Shown here: in pieces, positions 33,227-45,600 of the stretch
Layout of the letters: each line of letters begins with the position of its first letter
Position numbering within the stretch: position 1 is the first letter of the stretch
Assembly: GCA_002104905.1 (NCBI GenBank)
Contig: MCFE01000202.1
Coordinates: 1 to 64,000, forward strand
DNA length: 64,000 nt
Origin: Basidiobolus meristosporus CBS 931.73
Taxonomy: Eukaryota; Fungi; Basidiobolomycota
Direction: 5' to 3'
Notes under the pieces: generated by a model
What the model was told of the DNA's origin: nothing
Databases searched by the model: none
The model's input: the letters and a program-made list of their open reading frames with translations, nothing else
Program-made: the position numbers and the translations under genes

Positions 33227-36217
33227 TTAAGTAAGATCTTTTTGGGTGATGATGATGCAATCAAATGAGTTTATTAATCCCAATTTCTCTCTAAGGATCT
33301 CAAACTGTGGCCTAGCTAGTGGTTTTGTCAATATGTCTGCCACCATTTTGTCAGTTGGGCAGTAAACCAGCTCTACTAAGTTATTTTCTACAGCTTCCCT
33401 CACAAAGTGATGCTGTATATCAATGTGCTTAGTTCTGGCATGATTAGTAGGATTTCTAGCTAATGAAATACAACTTTGATTATCCTTGTAAATACATGTT
33501 GGTTCACCTGAATTAAAACCTAAGTCTTTGAATAATTTTTGTAGCCATATAGCCTCCTTAGTTGCTTGACATGCAGCCATATATTTGGCTTCAGTTGTAG
33601 ATAGTGCCACAGTTGGTTGTTTCTTGCAATTCCAAGTAATAGCTGCACCAGCATAAAGAAATACACAGCCTGTGGTAGAGCGTCTGTCAATCAGATCTCT
33701 ACCCCAATCTGAATCACTATAACCATCAAATTTTTGCCTATTAGCTGCTCCAGAGTATTCCAGTACCATATTTATGGTACCTTGTAGATATCTGAAAATC
33801 CGCTTAACTGCTGCAATTTGATCTGATCCATAATTCTGCATGAATTGGCTGACTATTCCAACTGCTACTGCAATATCTGGACGTGTAGACACCATCAAGT
33901 ACATTAGGCTACTGACCATTGATTGATAGGGAAAGTTTTGGTCCATATTTGAGCCGTTTTCATCCATAACTGCCTGAGATTTGCTTAATTTCAGGTTATT
34001 GTCCATAGGGGTTGCTGCAGGCTTGCAATTTTCCATTTTGAAGCGTCTAAGAATGTCCCTGATGTACTTAGACTGATTCAGCACAATTTTCTGCGTAGGT
34101 ATGTCAAATTTGACCTCAATTCCAAGAAAATAGCTCAATTTTCCAAGATCTTTCATCTCAAACTTGCTGAAAAGATCTGATTTCGTCTGTTTAAGTGCCT
34201 CTTGATCACTTGTAGCTATAATTAGGTTGTCCACATAAAGAACTAGGATGATCACACCCTTTTTGAGCTGTTTCACATATATACTGTGATCTGCAGTGCT
34301 ACGAGAGAACCCAATTTCCTCTAGATATGTGTCAATCTTGTTATACCATGCTCTGGGTGCCTGCTTAAGCCCATACAACGATTTTCTAAGTTTGCACACC
34401 TTATGGGGGCTTTTTGGATCGGTAAAACCTTCTAGTTGCTCCATATATATAGTTTCTTGCAAATCCCCATTTAGAAAGGCTGTTTTGACGTCCATTTGGT
34501 GTAGATCTAGACTGTGTACAGCTGCCAGGGCTAGAACTGTCCTAATAGAGTTAAACTTGGCAACCGGAGCAAATGTTTCCTTAAAGTCTAGTCCCTGGAT
34601 CTGGGAATAGCCTTTAGCTACCAATCTAGCCTTGTACTTATCAACGGCACCATTTGAGGTTATCTTGATCTTGTAGACCCATCTACATCCTATTGGCTTT
34701 CTCCCATTTGGTAAATCTACCAGTTCCCACGTTTTTGCCTTGATCAGTGATTGGTACTCCTCCTGCATGGCTTGTTGCCACTTAGTAGCATCTGGACCTT
34801 GCATTGCCTGTTCCAGATTCTGAGGTTTGGCACATAAGGCAAGATAAGCTTCTTCATGATCATTGGATGTCTGCCACCAGGATCCAGGGGCATTTCTTAT
34901 TCTGGTAGATCTCCTAACTGGGATAATCTGTTCTGATCTGGAACTGGTAGAAGTATCTTCCATATCTGGCTGGATTTGGTACATATCTTCTTCATTTGTG
35001 TTGATTGCATCATCAGGCAGCTGCCCAATGATTTCTGTGGCTTTCTGATCTGAATTCTCCTCAAATACAACGTCCCTGCTCTTGATCAGCTTCTGAATTT
35101 TGCCATCATTCACTCTATACCCTTTAGTATCTTCACAACACCCAAGAATGATCCCTTTTCTACTCTTTGGTTCCAACTTTGAGCGTTTTTTGTCAGGGAT
35201 GTGATAAAAAACATCACTGCCAAAGATCCTGAGGTGCTGGAGATCTGGTTTTTTGCCTGTGTATGCTTCAAAGGGTGTAGAATCACGTAGTGCTGTTGTT
35301 GGGCATCTGTTCTTGATGTATACAGCGGTAGCAACAGATTCAGCCCAAAACTTGTAGTCCATTCCCTTATCATGTAGCATAGATCTTGCCATCTCTACTA
35401 TTGCGCTATTTGCACATTCTGCTACTCCATTTTGCTGTGGAGTATGAGGAACTGTGGTCTGTCGAAGTATACCAGTAGACAAGCAGTATTTTGCAAACTC
35501 CTTTGAGCAGTATTCTCCTCCATTGTCACTTTGTAGTACCTTCAATTTACACCCAGTTTGTGTTTCTGCCATGTTCTTGAAGTGCTTAAACGTCTCTAAA
35601 GCTTCATCCTTTGTTTTGAGGAAGTACACCCATGTATATCTTGTCTTGTCATCAATAAACGTCATAAAGTATCTCTTGGCTCCAAAGGACAGTGTTCTCA
35701 TGGGGCCACATATGTCTGAGTGTACAATGGCCAATATTTCGGTGGTATTAATGCCTTCTGAGCTCTTGAAACGTTGCCTAGCTTGTTTGCCATATGAACA
35801 TCCCTTACAAACATTCAATTTGATCGGAATTGAGTATTTTAGGCCCAAAACAAGCTGATTTTTCACCAATTGGCTCATTTTCTGTTCCCCTATGTGTCCT
35901 AGCCTCCTATGCCACGTCTCCCAGTTGGTTTCATCAGTTTCAGCAATGTTGACATACTCAGGTACAATGATCTTGCATTGTAACTTGTATATATTGTGAT
36001 CTCTGATTCCCAAAGCTAATTTTTGTCCATTTTCACTCAATATTGAGCAGCTCAGCTTAGTAAAAACGAATTTCAGTCCCTGAGTAGTTGCTTTACTGAC
36101 TGAGAGTAGGTTCTTAGCTATTCCAGGTACATAGAGTACGTCAGTCAGTTTTGCTGTTGTTGCCCCTGAGTTATCACTCATATTTAGTTGTATAGACCCA
36201 CTGGCGGTAGCTTCCAA
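33227..36217 (-). CDS. pol: Copia pol, open 996-codon frame but with catalytic substitutions
   Basis: WHRRLGH, HSDICGP, QQNGVAE, QMDVKTAFLNG, YVDN (YVDD expected), TEAKY (TEAEY expected). The C-terminal 15 aa come from antisense gypsy LTR sequence. Confidence 0.9.
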   Translation of the reverse strand: MEATASGSIQLNMSDNSGATTAKLTDVLYVPGIAKNLLSVSKATTQGLKFVFTKLSCSILSENGQKLALGIRDHNIYKLQCKIIVPEYVNIAETDETNWETWHRRLGHIGEQKMSQLVKNQLVLGLKYSIPIKLNVCKGCSYGKQARQRFKSSEGINTTEILAIVHSDICGPMRTLSFGAKRYFMTFIDDKTRYTWVYFLKTKDEALETFKHFKNMAETQTGCKLKVLQSDNGGEYCSKEFAKYCLSTGILRQTTVPHTPQQNGVAECANSAIVEMARSMLHDKGMDYKFWAESVATAVYIKNRCPTTALRDSTPFEAYTGKKPDLQHLRIFGSDVFYHIPDKKRSKLEPKSRKGIILGCCEDTKGYRVNDGKIQKLIKSRDVVFEENSDQKATEIIGQLPDDAINTNEEDMYQIQPDMEDTSTSSRSEQIIPVRRSTRIRNAPGSWWQTSNDHEEAYLALCAKPQNLEQAMQGPDATKWQQAMQEEYQSLIKAKTWELVDLPNGRKPIGCRWVYKIKITSNGAVDKYKARLVAKGYSQIQGLDFKETFAPVAKFNSIRTVLALAAVHSLDLHQMDVKTAFLNGDLQETIYMEQLEGFTDPKSPHKVCKLRKSLYGLKQAPRAWYNKIDTYLEEIGFSRSTADHSIYVKQLKKGVIILVLYVDNLIIATSDQEALKQTKSDLFSKFEMKDLGKLSYFLGIEVKFDIPTQKIVLNQSKYIRDILRRFKMENCKPAATPMDNNLKLSKSQAVMDENGSNMDQNFPYQSMVSSLMYLMVSTRPDIAVAVGIVSQFMQNYGSDQIAAVKRIFRYLQGTINMVLEYSGAANRQKFDGYSDSDWGRDLIDRRSTTGCVFLYAGAAITWNCKKQPTVALSTTEAKYMAACQATKEAIWLQKLFKDLGFNSGEPTCIYKDNQSCISLARNPTNHARTKHIDIQHHFVREAVENNLVELVYCPTDKMVADILTKPLARPQFEILREKLGLINSFDCIIITQKDLT

Positions 36218-37567
36218 TGCAGAGTTATCTCCCAGATAAACCTTTCTTACGGGAATAGTCTTAAAGTTGCTGAACCAATCCTTTATACCACAAATATGCT
36301 GTGATGCTCCAGAGTCAATATACCATTCATTACTTCAGTTACTTGCACTCTCTTGTACAGTGACAAATAGCTATTCATCAGTAGTTATATGGTTTGCCTG
36401 CTCTAGTTTCTGTTTTTTGTCTGCTTGTTTCTTCTTGCATTCTCTTGCCCAGTGTCCTGGCTTCTTACAGTAGTTACAGCAGCCAGGTTTTCTTTGGTTT
36501 TGTTGCTTTCCCTTCTTTTCTGTATGCCTTTCTGAACTGAATAAAGCATTATCTTCAATTTTCTCTGCTTGATCATTACGTCTGAGTTCTTCATGGAGAA
36601 GTCTTCCTTTGACATAGTCTAAAGTCAAGTTGTCTTTTCTGCTTTCAAAAGAAAATATGAGTGGCTCATACTTGTCTAGTAGGCTGCAAAGCAGACAGAG
36701 TATCTTTTCTTCATCATCTACACCAGCATTAATACTGTAAAATTCCTCTGCAAGTGTCTCCATTCTGGTAATGAGTTGTAGCATGTCATCATCTGGCTTT
36801 TTTCTCATGTTGAAGAACTTTTGTTTCAAATAAAGCTTGCTTGATACTGACTTTGCTCTAAAGATCTTCTCTAAGGATTCCCATGCTGCTTTGGCAGTAC
36901 TTGAGGCATGGATTTGTCCAATGAAGGAGTCTTGCACATTGATGCATATTGCATTGAAGGCCTTTCTCTCCTTCTCTTGAAACTTCTCCACATCTTCTGC
37001 TGTTCCTTTGGGCTCAACTTCCTTTCCAGTTACTATGTTCCAAAGCTTTCTTTCCTCAAGGTGGATCTGCATCTTGATTCTCCAAAGTCTGTAGTTTTTC
37101 CCATCAAACCTCTCCTTTACAGGGAAGATGTTGGTATTGCTTTGTTTGCTGGTAGAAGTCATCTTTAGAATAGATTAAGGCAATCGGGGCTCATAACCTG
37201 TTGCAATTTAAGCAGTGATTTGGATATAAGGAACTTATCAAGAAATAGTGATAATAGTTGAACTGTTGTTTATTCATAAAGAAGCTCAGTATTTATACCT
37301 TTGTAGAAGTAATACAGCTGCAACACTAAGTAGGGAGGGTTTCTCAATATTCAGGAGCATTCTGTAACAGTTTCAGGGTTAGTACATAATGTTTGGTAAT
37401 AGTGCTAATTTGATCCTGACTATAGGGGAATAATCATAAGATCATATATCTGGAGAAAGTGGCAAAGTTAAGGCAGTAAATGAGTCCTACAGTGACTAAG
37501 ACTAGCCTAGAATTGTTAAGTAAATTTTTAGCTGCTGAATGATACCAAATAGTCCAATATTTCAACA
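33274..37567 (-). mobile_element. Ty1/copia copy 2, 3' LTR and PPT deleted
   Basis: 5' LTR 37199-37567, PBS 37186-37198, gag and pol ORFs. Similarity to copy 1 stops ~20 nt before the PPT. Confidence 0.95.
36371..37162 (-). CDS. gag: Copia gag, intact 263 aa
   Basis: UBN2-type gag with zinc knuckle CNYCKKPGHWAREC. Ends in TAG, in frame with pol. Confidence 0.92.
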   Translation of the reverse strand: MTSTSKQSNTNIFPVKERFDGKNYRLWRIKMQIHLEERKLWNIVTGKEVEPKGTAEDVEKFQEKERKAFNAICINVQDSFIGQIHASSTAKAAWESLEKIFRAKSVSSKLYLKQKFFNMRKKPDDDMLQLITRMETLAEEFYSINAGVDDEEKILCLLCSLLDKYEPLIFSFESRKDNLTLDYVKGRLLHEELRRNDQAEKIEDNALFSSERHTEKKGKQQNQRKPGCCNYCKKPGHWARECKKKQADKKQKLEQANHITTDE

Positions 37568-37738
37568 CCCCCACACCAACAGACACTACTAAGAAGAAAG
37601 TTCAAGGCACTCAGACCAAATGGAATGGACCAAGAGTACATCTATGAATATAGGTGTCTACTTGGACAAATTGAAAGAATGGATCCTGTGGATCAAGTTG
37701 AACACTTTATTGCTGGTTTAAAAGAAAGAACTTGTAAG

Positions 37739-40700
37739 TGTTACAAGTATTGGTATAAGAGTTGTAGAGGAATAGGGAGTTTAGCTAGTATTGTATTCAC
37801 TAAAACTTGAACTGATTTTTATTGAGGTTCCAGCAGCTCCTTATATACATTTTGCCAGATCAATTGCTGACTAATTGTATTTCCTAATGTAGGTTGTGGC
37901 TGATGACTCATTTGATTGCATTATCATCACCCAATAAGATCCTACCTAATATATCTATTTCTGTCTGACAAGAATCTGCTGATTCTTTTGCTGACTAATG
38001 CTACTGATTTCATAGATAATACTGATATACTGATAACCTAAACATATACTGGTTGATTTGACTAAAAACTGATCTAACTTAAACATGCAAGCGGCAGATC
38101 ATAACATTCTCCCCTACTAAAGTTGAGAGGGTTCTCCTGAATCTCTTTTCTTTTGATACCAATATCTTGATGGTTCAGTATTATCAGCAAGTCTTGCAAG
38201 CTTGAGTCTGTCCCTATGCACTAAGTCTTCCCGGATATTATCTTGTTTGTCAACCAGTTGGTAAGTTGCAAATGGACATTCTCTGATGATCTTGAATGGT
38301 CCTGTCCATTGTGGCTCAAACTTCTTCCAAGTGTTGTTTCTTAGCAATACAAAGTTCCCTACTGTCAATGCCTCTGGTGCTATAGTCTTATCAAATCTCT
38401 GCTTTATCTTTTCTGCACTTTGAGATACTTTGGTCTGTGCCTCTTGACATCTTTGTTCCAGTTGCTGGTGTCTACTTGGCTGACTAAGTTCTTCTTCTAA
38501 GGCATCTGTAAGCTTGGGTTGTGTGAGACCTCCTGAAATCCTTGGTTCACGTCTGTACACTAAGTAAAATGGTGATTGCTGGGTAGTGTTGTGTACTCTG
38601 ACTCTGCATGCAAAGAGTGCTTGGTCTATATACTCATCCCATCTACTGACAACTCCATTTGCATACTTGGCCAGCATTTTTCCGAATAATCCATTAAACC
38701 GCTCAGTGACTCCATTAGTTCTGGGGTGATATGCCAAGGTTTTCAAGTGTCTGATCAGCTGCATTTCCAGGTAAGCCTCTAATGTCTTTGCCATAAAGTT
38801 TGCTCCTCTATCAGATAAGATCTCCACAGGGCATCCAAACGTCACCAGGATTTCATGGTAAATGAAACTTGCAACTTCTTGTTCACTGGCTATTGGTACA
38901 GCTTTAGCAACTGGCCATTTAGTGGCATGGTCAATTGCTACTATGATCCAACAGTTGCATTTTCTGGTAGTTGGTAGTCTTCCAATAAAGTCAATTCCCC
39001 ATCTCTCAAATGGTCTTACAGGTTCCAAAGGGAGGAGTTTGGCAATTCTTTGTGGTTGGCCTTGATTGATTTGGCAGTTTGGGCATGTTTTCACTAGCTT
39101 CTCAATATCTTGTCTCATTCTGGGCCACCATGCTCTGGCTTTCACAAGGCTCTAGGTTCCTTCAATCCCAAGATGTCCATATCAATTGTGTAGCTTATGT
39201 ATTAAATCCAGGCAAGCAACATAAGGACAATAGGCAATAGGGCTTCCATAAACAATTTGGTAGAGTGTTTCATCCTGTACAACAAATTTGCTGGCTTCAT
39301 CCCAGAGTATCTTCTTTATCTCTTCATCCACCTTGTTAGGAATGGCTTGGTCCTCCAAGTACTTTAGTAATAGGCTAGGCCAATCTGATTCATGCACCAA
39401 ATTGAGTTGTGCAACTTGATCTAATCTTGAAAAGGCATCTGCAATGGTGTTGTTTTTTCCAGGGCAGTAGACAATCTCTAAGTCAAATTGCTGAATGTAT
39501 TCACTCCATCTTTTCATTCTTCTAGAGAGTACCTTCTGAGTAAATATATACTTGAGGGAGGCATGATCAGTCTTCACAGTGCATTTGACTCCTTCAATAA
39601 AGCATCTCCATGTCTTCAAACAGTGCATTATAGCAAGCATCTCCTTTTCATGGACTGGAAAGTTTTGTTCTGCTGAGTTCAGTTTCTTGGATTCAAAGGC
39701 AACAGGGTAGTCCTTTCCCGTGTGTCCTTGGCTCAGCACCCCACCAATTGCATAATCTGAAGCATCTGTGCACAGAGTGAACTCTTTTCTGAAGTCTGGT
39801 ATTCTTAAGCTTGGTAGTTTAGCAAGTTCATTCTTGAGCGTCTGGAAGGCAGTCTCACAAGCTATCTCCCACTTGTAGGCATTGTCTTTCTAGAGGATAT
39901 CAGTTAAAGGGGCTGCCATACTTGCAAAAGACTTGACAAATCTCCAATAATAGGACACCTTTCCAAGGAATGATCTGAGCTCTGATATGCTATGGGGCTG
40001 CTTCAAATTCTTGATAACTTCAACCTTCTTAGGGTCTAAGGTCACTCCTGTGCTAATCACTATGTGTCCCAGGTATGCAACGTTTTCCTTGAAGAATTCA
40101 CACTTGGCTAGCTTGCCATATAGCTTGTTCTCTCTTAGTTTCTTCAAGACCTTTTCAATGTGTACTACATGATCCTCTTCTGTTTTGCTGTGTATCAATA
40201 TGTCATCCAGGTAGATTATCACAAACTTGTCTAAGTACTCCTGAAAGACAGTCTGCATCAGTGTCATGAATGTTGCAGGGGCATTAGTGAGGCCAAAACT
40301 CATGACCAAGTACTTGTAATGCCCATATCTGGTCCTAAATGCTGTCTTAGGAATATCTTCTGGTTTCACCCTAATTTGGTTGTATCCTGACATGAGGTCA
40401 ATCTTGCTGAAAATAGTGGCTCCATTAAGTTGGTCTCAAATATCATCAATCCAAGGTATGGGGTACTTATTCTTGACGGTAACTGAGTTCAGGGCTCTGT
40501 AGTCAATGCACATCCTAAGTGTTCCATCCTTCTTTTTCACAAAAAGCACTGGTGCTCCCCAGGGTGACTTGCTGAGCATGATGTATCCTTGCTCCAATAG
40601 ATGATCAATTTGCCTCTTCATTTCCTCCAATTCCAATGGACTTATTCTGTAAGGTGTCTTGCTCACTGGAGGGCTATCTCCTGTGTCAATGGCATGATCC

Positions 40701-42652
40701 ACATCTCTGACTAGTGGTTGGCTTACAAGCTCATCTGGAAACACGTCTGAATATTTCTTCAAGAGAGTCTGGACCTGCTGCGGTGCTGGGGTAGAGGAAT
40801 CCTCTTGTAAAACCGCCATGAGGAACATCTGAGTTCCTTTTTTAAGCTCTCTACAGAACTGCGTCTTGCTAAACTCACTTGTCTTGCACACACTGGAATT
40901 GACCAAGTTGAAATCCAGCCTGGAAGGTAATAGCTCATAGGTCTTGTTGTCTTTTTGGATCTGGGTAGCATGGGTTCTCCAGTTGATTGATGGATTACAA
41001 CAAAATAGCCAGGTTTTTCCAATTACAAGGTCAAACTTGCAGTTCCCTAATATATAGGCCTGTAGGTCTTCTTCATGGTCATTGATCTTCATTCTAACTG
41101 GCTGGGTAATATGTTTGATTGTGTGAGAATTCCCATCAGTTGTGGAGACTGAAGTTGATTTGGTAGGTTCCAAGTTGATTCCAGCTTTCAGAGCAAATTG
41201 CTCTGACATGTACTCATGAGATGCTCCTGAGTCAATCATGATCTTGGCAGGTACTCCATTGATTACTCCATTCAAGTATAATAGCTGTCCTGAGTTTGAG
41301 GTCATCTGGGATAGGTATTCTTCTGTCATGTGGAAGGTGAGTTCTGACTCTTCTTCAAGCTCATCTTCCACATTACTGTGTTCATGGGACTCAATATGGC
41401 TGAAAGTTCTTGTTGGCTGGTGTCCATTTCTTCTCTGAGGGCAGTACTTTGCAATATGTCCCTGCTGGTGGCAACTGAAGCAAAGTCCTTTCTTCTTATA
41501 TTCTTCTGAGGTAGGATTCTTCTGCATAGCGTCTATTTCCATTGGTACTGCTTCTGACTCTTTTCTTTCATAATGATTGTAGCCTTTCTGATTAGTCACT
41601 GTAGGCTACCCAACTCCAAATATAGCTGAGTCATAGTCAATGGCAATCTTGATGGCTTCTTCAATAGTCTGAGGTCTTTGGTAATTCACTTCCTTGCAAG
41701 TTTTCTCTTTCAACCCATCAATAAAGTATTTAACTTGATCCAAGGGGTCCATTCTTTCAATTTGTCCAAGTAGACATCTGTACTCATAGATGTATTCTTG
41801 AACCATTCCTTTATGTCTGAGTGTCTTTAACTTCCTTCTTAGTAGTGTCTGCTGGTGTGGGGGTCAAAAGCATCCTGAATTTCCAACACAAACTCATCCC
41901 AGGTAGAGATTGTAGAGCATCCCATCATAGTGGCTGACCTGATCTTGTTGTGGTACTACTGTAAAGCTGCATCTGCAAGGTAAGAAACTGCATAACGCAA
42001 CTTGCTCTCTGGAGCAAATCCTTTAGCTTTAAAAGCTTCTTCAATCTGAAAGAGCCAAGTTCCCAGGTTTTCATTGACTCTGCCATGGTACCAGTTGACC
42101 TTCACACTAAAGTTGCTCTTGACAAGGCTTTGCTGGCTCTGAGCCATGGTAGTCATTCCTTGTTGCTGTTGGCTGAGGATCTGGAGTAACTGTTGCTGTT
42201 GGGCCAGGATTTGCTGCATGGTATTCTTCCATTCTTGATTGTCCAACATCTTAAGGGTGGTTTTGTCTTTCTTCAGGTAGGAGGTTTCTGGTTATTGCTG
42301 CTACCAATGTTACAAGTCTTGGTATAAGAGTTGTAGAGAAATAGGGAGTTTAGCTAGTATTGTATTCACTGATACTTGAACTGATATTTATTGAGGTTCC
42401 AGCAGCTCCTTATATACATTTTGCCAGATAAATTACTGACTAATTGTATTTCCTAATGTAGGTTGTGGCTGATGGCTCATTTGATTGCATCATCATCACC
42501 CAAAAAAATCTTACTTAATATATCTATTTCTGTCTGATAAGGATCTGCTGATTCGTTTGCTTACTAATGCTACTGATTTCATAGATAATACTGATATACT
42601 GATAACTTAAACATATACTAATTGATTTGACTAGAAACTGATCCAACTTAAA
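37739..42652 (-). mobile_element. Ty3/gypsy element B, inserted antisense into the gag of A
   Basis: 3' LTR 37739-38106, PPT 38107-38118, 5' LTR 42308-42652 (terminal ~23 bp lost), [50 protein letters not shown]. Confidence 0.93.
38117..39145 (-). pseudogene. Gypsy B integrase (342-aa open segment, no chromodomain)
   Basis: WWPRM..CPNC, RPFERWGIDFIG, SDRGANF, NGVTERFNG, KFEPQWTGPF. Confidence 0.92.
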
Positions 42653-42653
42653 T

Positions 42654-45600
42654 GTGAATTATCAAAGACCTCAGACTATTGAAGATGCCTTCAAGATTGC
42701 CATTGACTATGACTCAGCTATGTTTGGAGTTGGGAAGCCCACAATGACTAATCAGAGAGGCTACAATCACTATGAAAGAAGACAATCAGAAGCAGCGCCA
42801 ATGGAAATAGATGCTGTACAGAAGAATCCTACCTCCAAAGAATGTAAGAAGAAAGGACTCTGCTTTAATTGCCACCAGCAGGGACATATTGCAAAGTACT
42901 GCCCTCAGAGAAGAAGTGGAAACCAGCCATCAAGAACCTTCAACCATATTGAAGCCCTTGAGCAAAGTAACATGGAGAATAAACTTGAAGTAGATTCAGA
43001 ACTCACCTTCCATATGACAGAAGAATACCTTTCCCAGATGACCTCAAACTCAGGAACGCTATTATACTTGAATGGAGTAATCAATGGAGTACCTGCCAAA
43101 ATCATGATTGACTCAGGAGCATTGCACAAGTACATGTCAGAGCAATTAGCTTTGAAATCTGGAATCAACTTAGAACCCACCAAATCAACTTCAGTCTCAC
43201 AGCTGATGGGAATGCTCACATAATCAACCATATTACTCAGCCAGTAATGATAAAGATCAATGACCATGAAGAAGATCTACAGGCCTATATATTTTGGAAC
43301 TGCAAGTTTGACTTTGTACTTGGGAAAACCTGGCAAATCTTGTCATAATCCATCAATCAACTGGAGAACCCATGCTACTTAGATACAGAAGGACAATAAG
43401 ACCTACAAGCTATTACCTGCCAGACTGGATTTTAACTTGGTCAATTCCAGTTTGTGTGAAACAAGTGAGCTTGGCAAGACACAGCTCTGTAGAGAACTAA
43501 GAAAAGGCACCAAGATGTTCCTCATGACAGTATTACAGGAGGATTCCTCTACACCAGTACCCCAGAAGGTGCAGACTCATTGGAAGGATTATTCAGACGT
43601 ATTTCCAGATGAACTTGTAAGCGTACCACCAGTCAGAGATGTATATCATGCCATTGACACAGGAGATAGCCCCCCAGTGAGTAAGACACCTTATAGAATG
43701 AGTCCATTGGAGCTGGAAGAGATGAAGAGACAAATAGATCAGTTATTGAGGCAAGGATATATCAGACCCAGCAGGTCACCTTGGGGAGCACCAGTTCTTT
43801 TTGTGAAGAAGAAGGATGGAACTCTTAGGATATGTATTGACTACAGAGACCTCAACTGAGTGACTGTGAAGAATAAGTGCCCCATACCTCCAATTGATGA
43901 GCTTTGGACCTACTCAATGGAGCCACTATATTCAGCAAGATTGACCTCATGTCAGGAAACAACCAGATTAGGGTGAAGTCAGAAGATATCCTTAAGACAG
44001 CATTCCGGACCAGATATGGCCATTATAAGTACTTAGTCATGATTTTTGGCCTCACCAATGACCCTGCAACATTCATGACACTGATGCAGACCATCTTCCA
44101 GGAGTACTTAAACAGGTTTGTGATAATCTACCTGGATGACATATTGATATACAGCAAGACAGAAGAGGATCATGTGGTGCACATTGAAAAGGTCTTGAAG
44201 AAGCTAAGAGAGAACAAGCTATATGGCAAGCTAGCCAAGTGTGAATTCTTCAAGGAACATGTCAAATACCTGGGACACATAGTGACTAGCACAGGAGTGA
44301 CCTTAGACCCTAAGAAGGTTCGAGTTATCAAGAATTTGAAGCAGCCCCATAGCATATCAGAACTCAGATCATTCCTTGGAAAGGTGTCCTATTATCGGAG
44401 ATTTGTCAAGTCTTTTGCAAGTATTGCAGCCCCTTTAACTGATATCCTCTAGAAAGACAATGCCTACAAGTGGGACATAGCTTGTGAGACTGCCTTCCAG
44501 ACGCTCAAGAATGAACTTGCTAAACTACCAAGCTTAAGAATACCAGACTTCAGAAAAGAGTTCACTCTGTGCACAGATGCTTCAGATTATGCAATTGGTG
44601 GAGTGCTGAGCCAAGGACACACAGGAAAGGACTACCCTGTTGCCTTTGAATCCAAGAAACTGAACTCAGCAGAACAAAACTATCAAGTCCATGAAAAGGA
44701 GATGCTTGCTATGGTACACTGTTTGAAGACATGGAGATGCTATATTGAAGGAGTCAAATGCACTGTGAAGACTGATCATGCCTCCCTCAAGTATATATTT
44801 GCTCAGAAGGTACTCTCTAGAAGAATGAAAAGATGGAGTGAATACATTCAGCAATTTGACTTAGAGATTGTCTACTGCCCTGGAAAAAACAACACCGTTG
44901 CAGATGCCTTTTCAAGATTAGATCAAGTTGCACAACACAACTTGGTGCATGAATCAGATTGGCCTAGCATATTACCAAAGTACCTAGAGAACCAAGCCAT
45001 TCCTGATGAGGTGAAGGAAGGTATCAAGAAAATAATCCAGGATGAAGTCAGCAAATTTGTTGTACAGGATGAAATACTCTACTGAATTGTTGATGGAAGC
45101 CCTGTTGCCTACTGCCCTTATGTTTCTTGCCTGGATTTAATACATAAGCTACACAATGGATATGGGCATCTAGGAATTGAAGGAACCTAGAGCCTTGTGA
45201 AAGCCAGAGCATGGTGGCCCAGAATGAAACAAGACATTGAGAAGCTAGTGCGAACATGCCCAAATTGCCAAATAAATAAAGGCCAACCACATAGAATTGC
45301 TGAACTTTTTCCCTTGGAGCCTGTCAGACCATTTGAAAGATGGGGAATTGACTTTATTGGAAGACTGCCAACTACCAGGAAATGCTACTGTTGGATCCTA
45401 GTAGTAATTGGCCATGCCACCAAATGGCCAGTTGCTAAAGCTGCACCTATAGTCAGTGAACAAGAAGTTGCAAGTTTCATCTATCATGAGATACTTATGA
45501 AATTTGGATGCCCTGTAGAGATTCTATCCAATAAAGGTGTAAACTTTATGGCAAAGACATTGGAATCTTACCTGGAAATGCAGCAGATCAAACACTTGAA

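Noticed and set aside
33227-37162. Copia copy 2 as an active autonomous element
   Set aside because: It lacks the PPT and 3' LTR, has a TGA before the protease, and carries YVDN and TEAKY catalytic substitutions.
38117-38250. Chromodomain at the gypsy integrase C-terminus
   Set aside because: The protein ends ~45 aa after the GPF module, with no chromodomain aromatic pattern.
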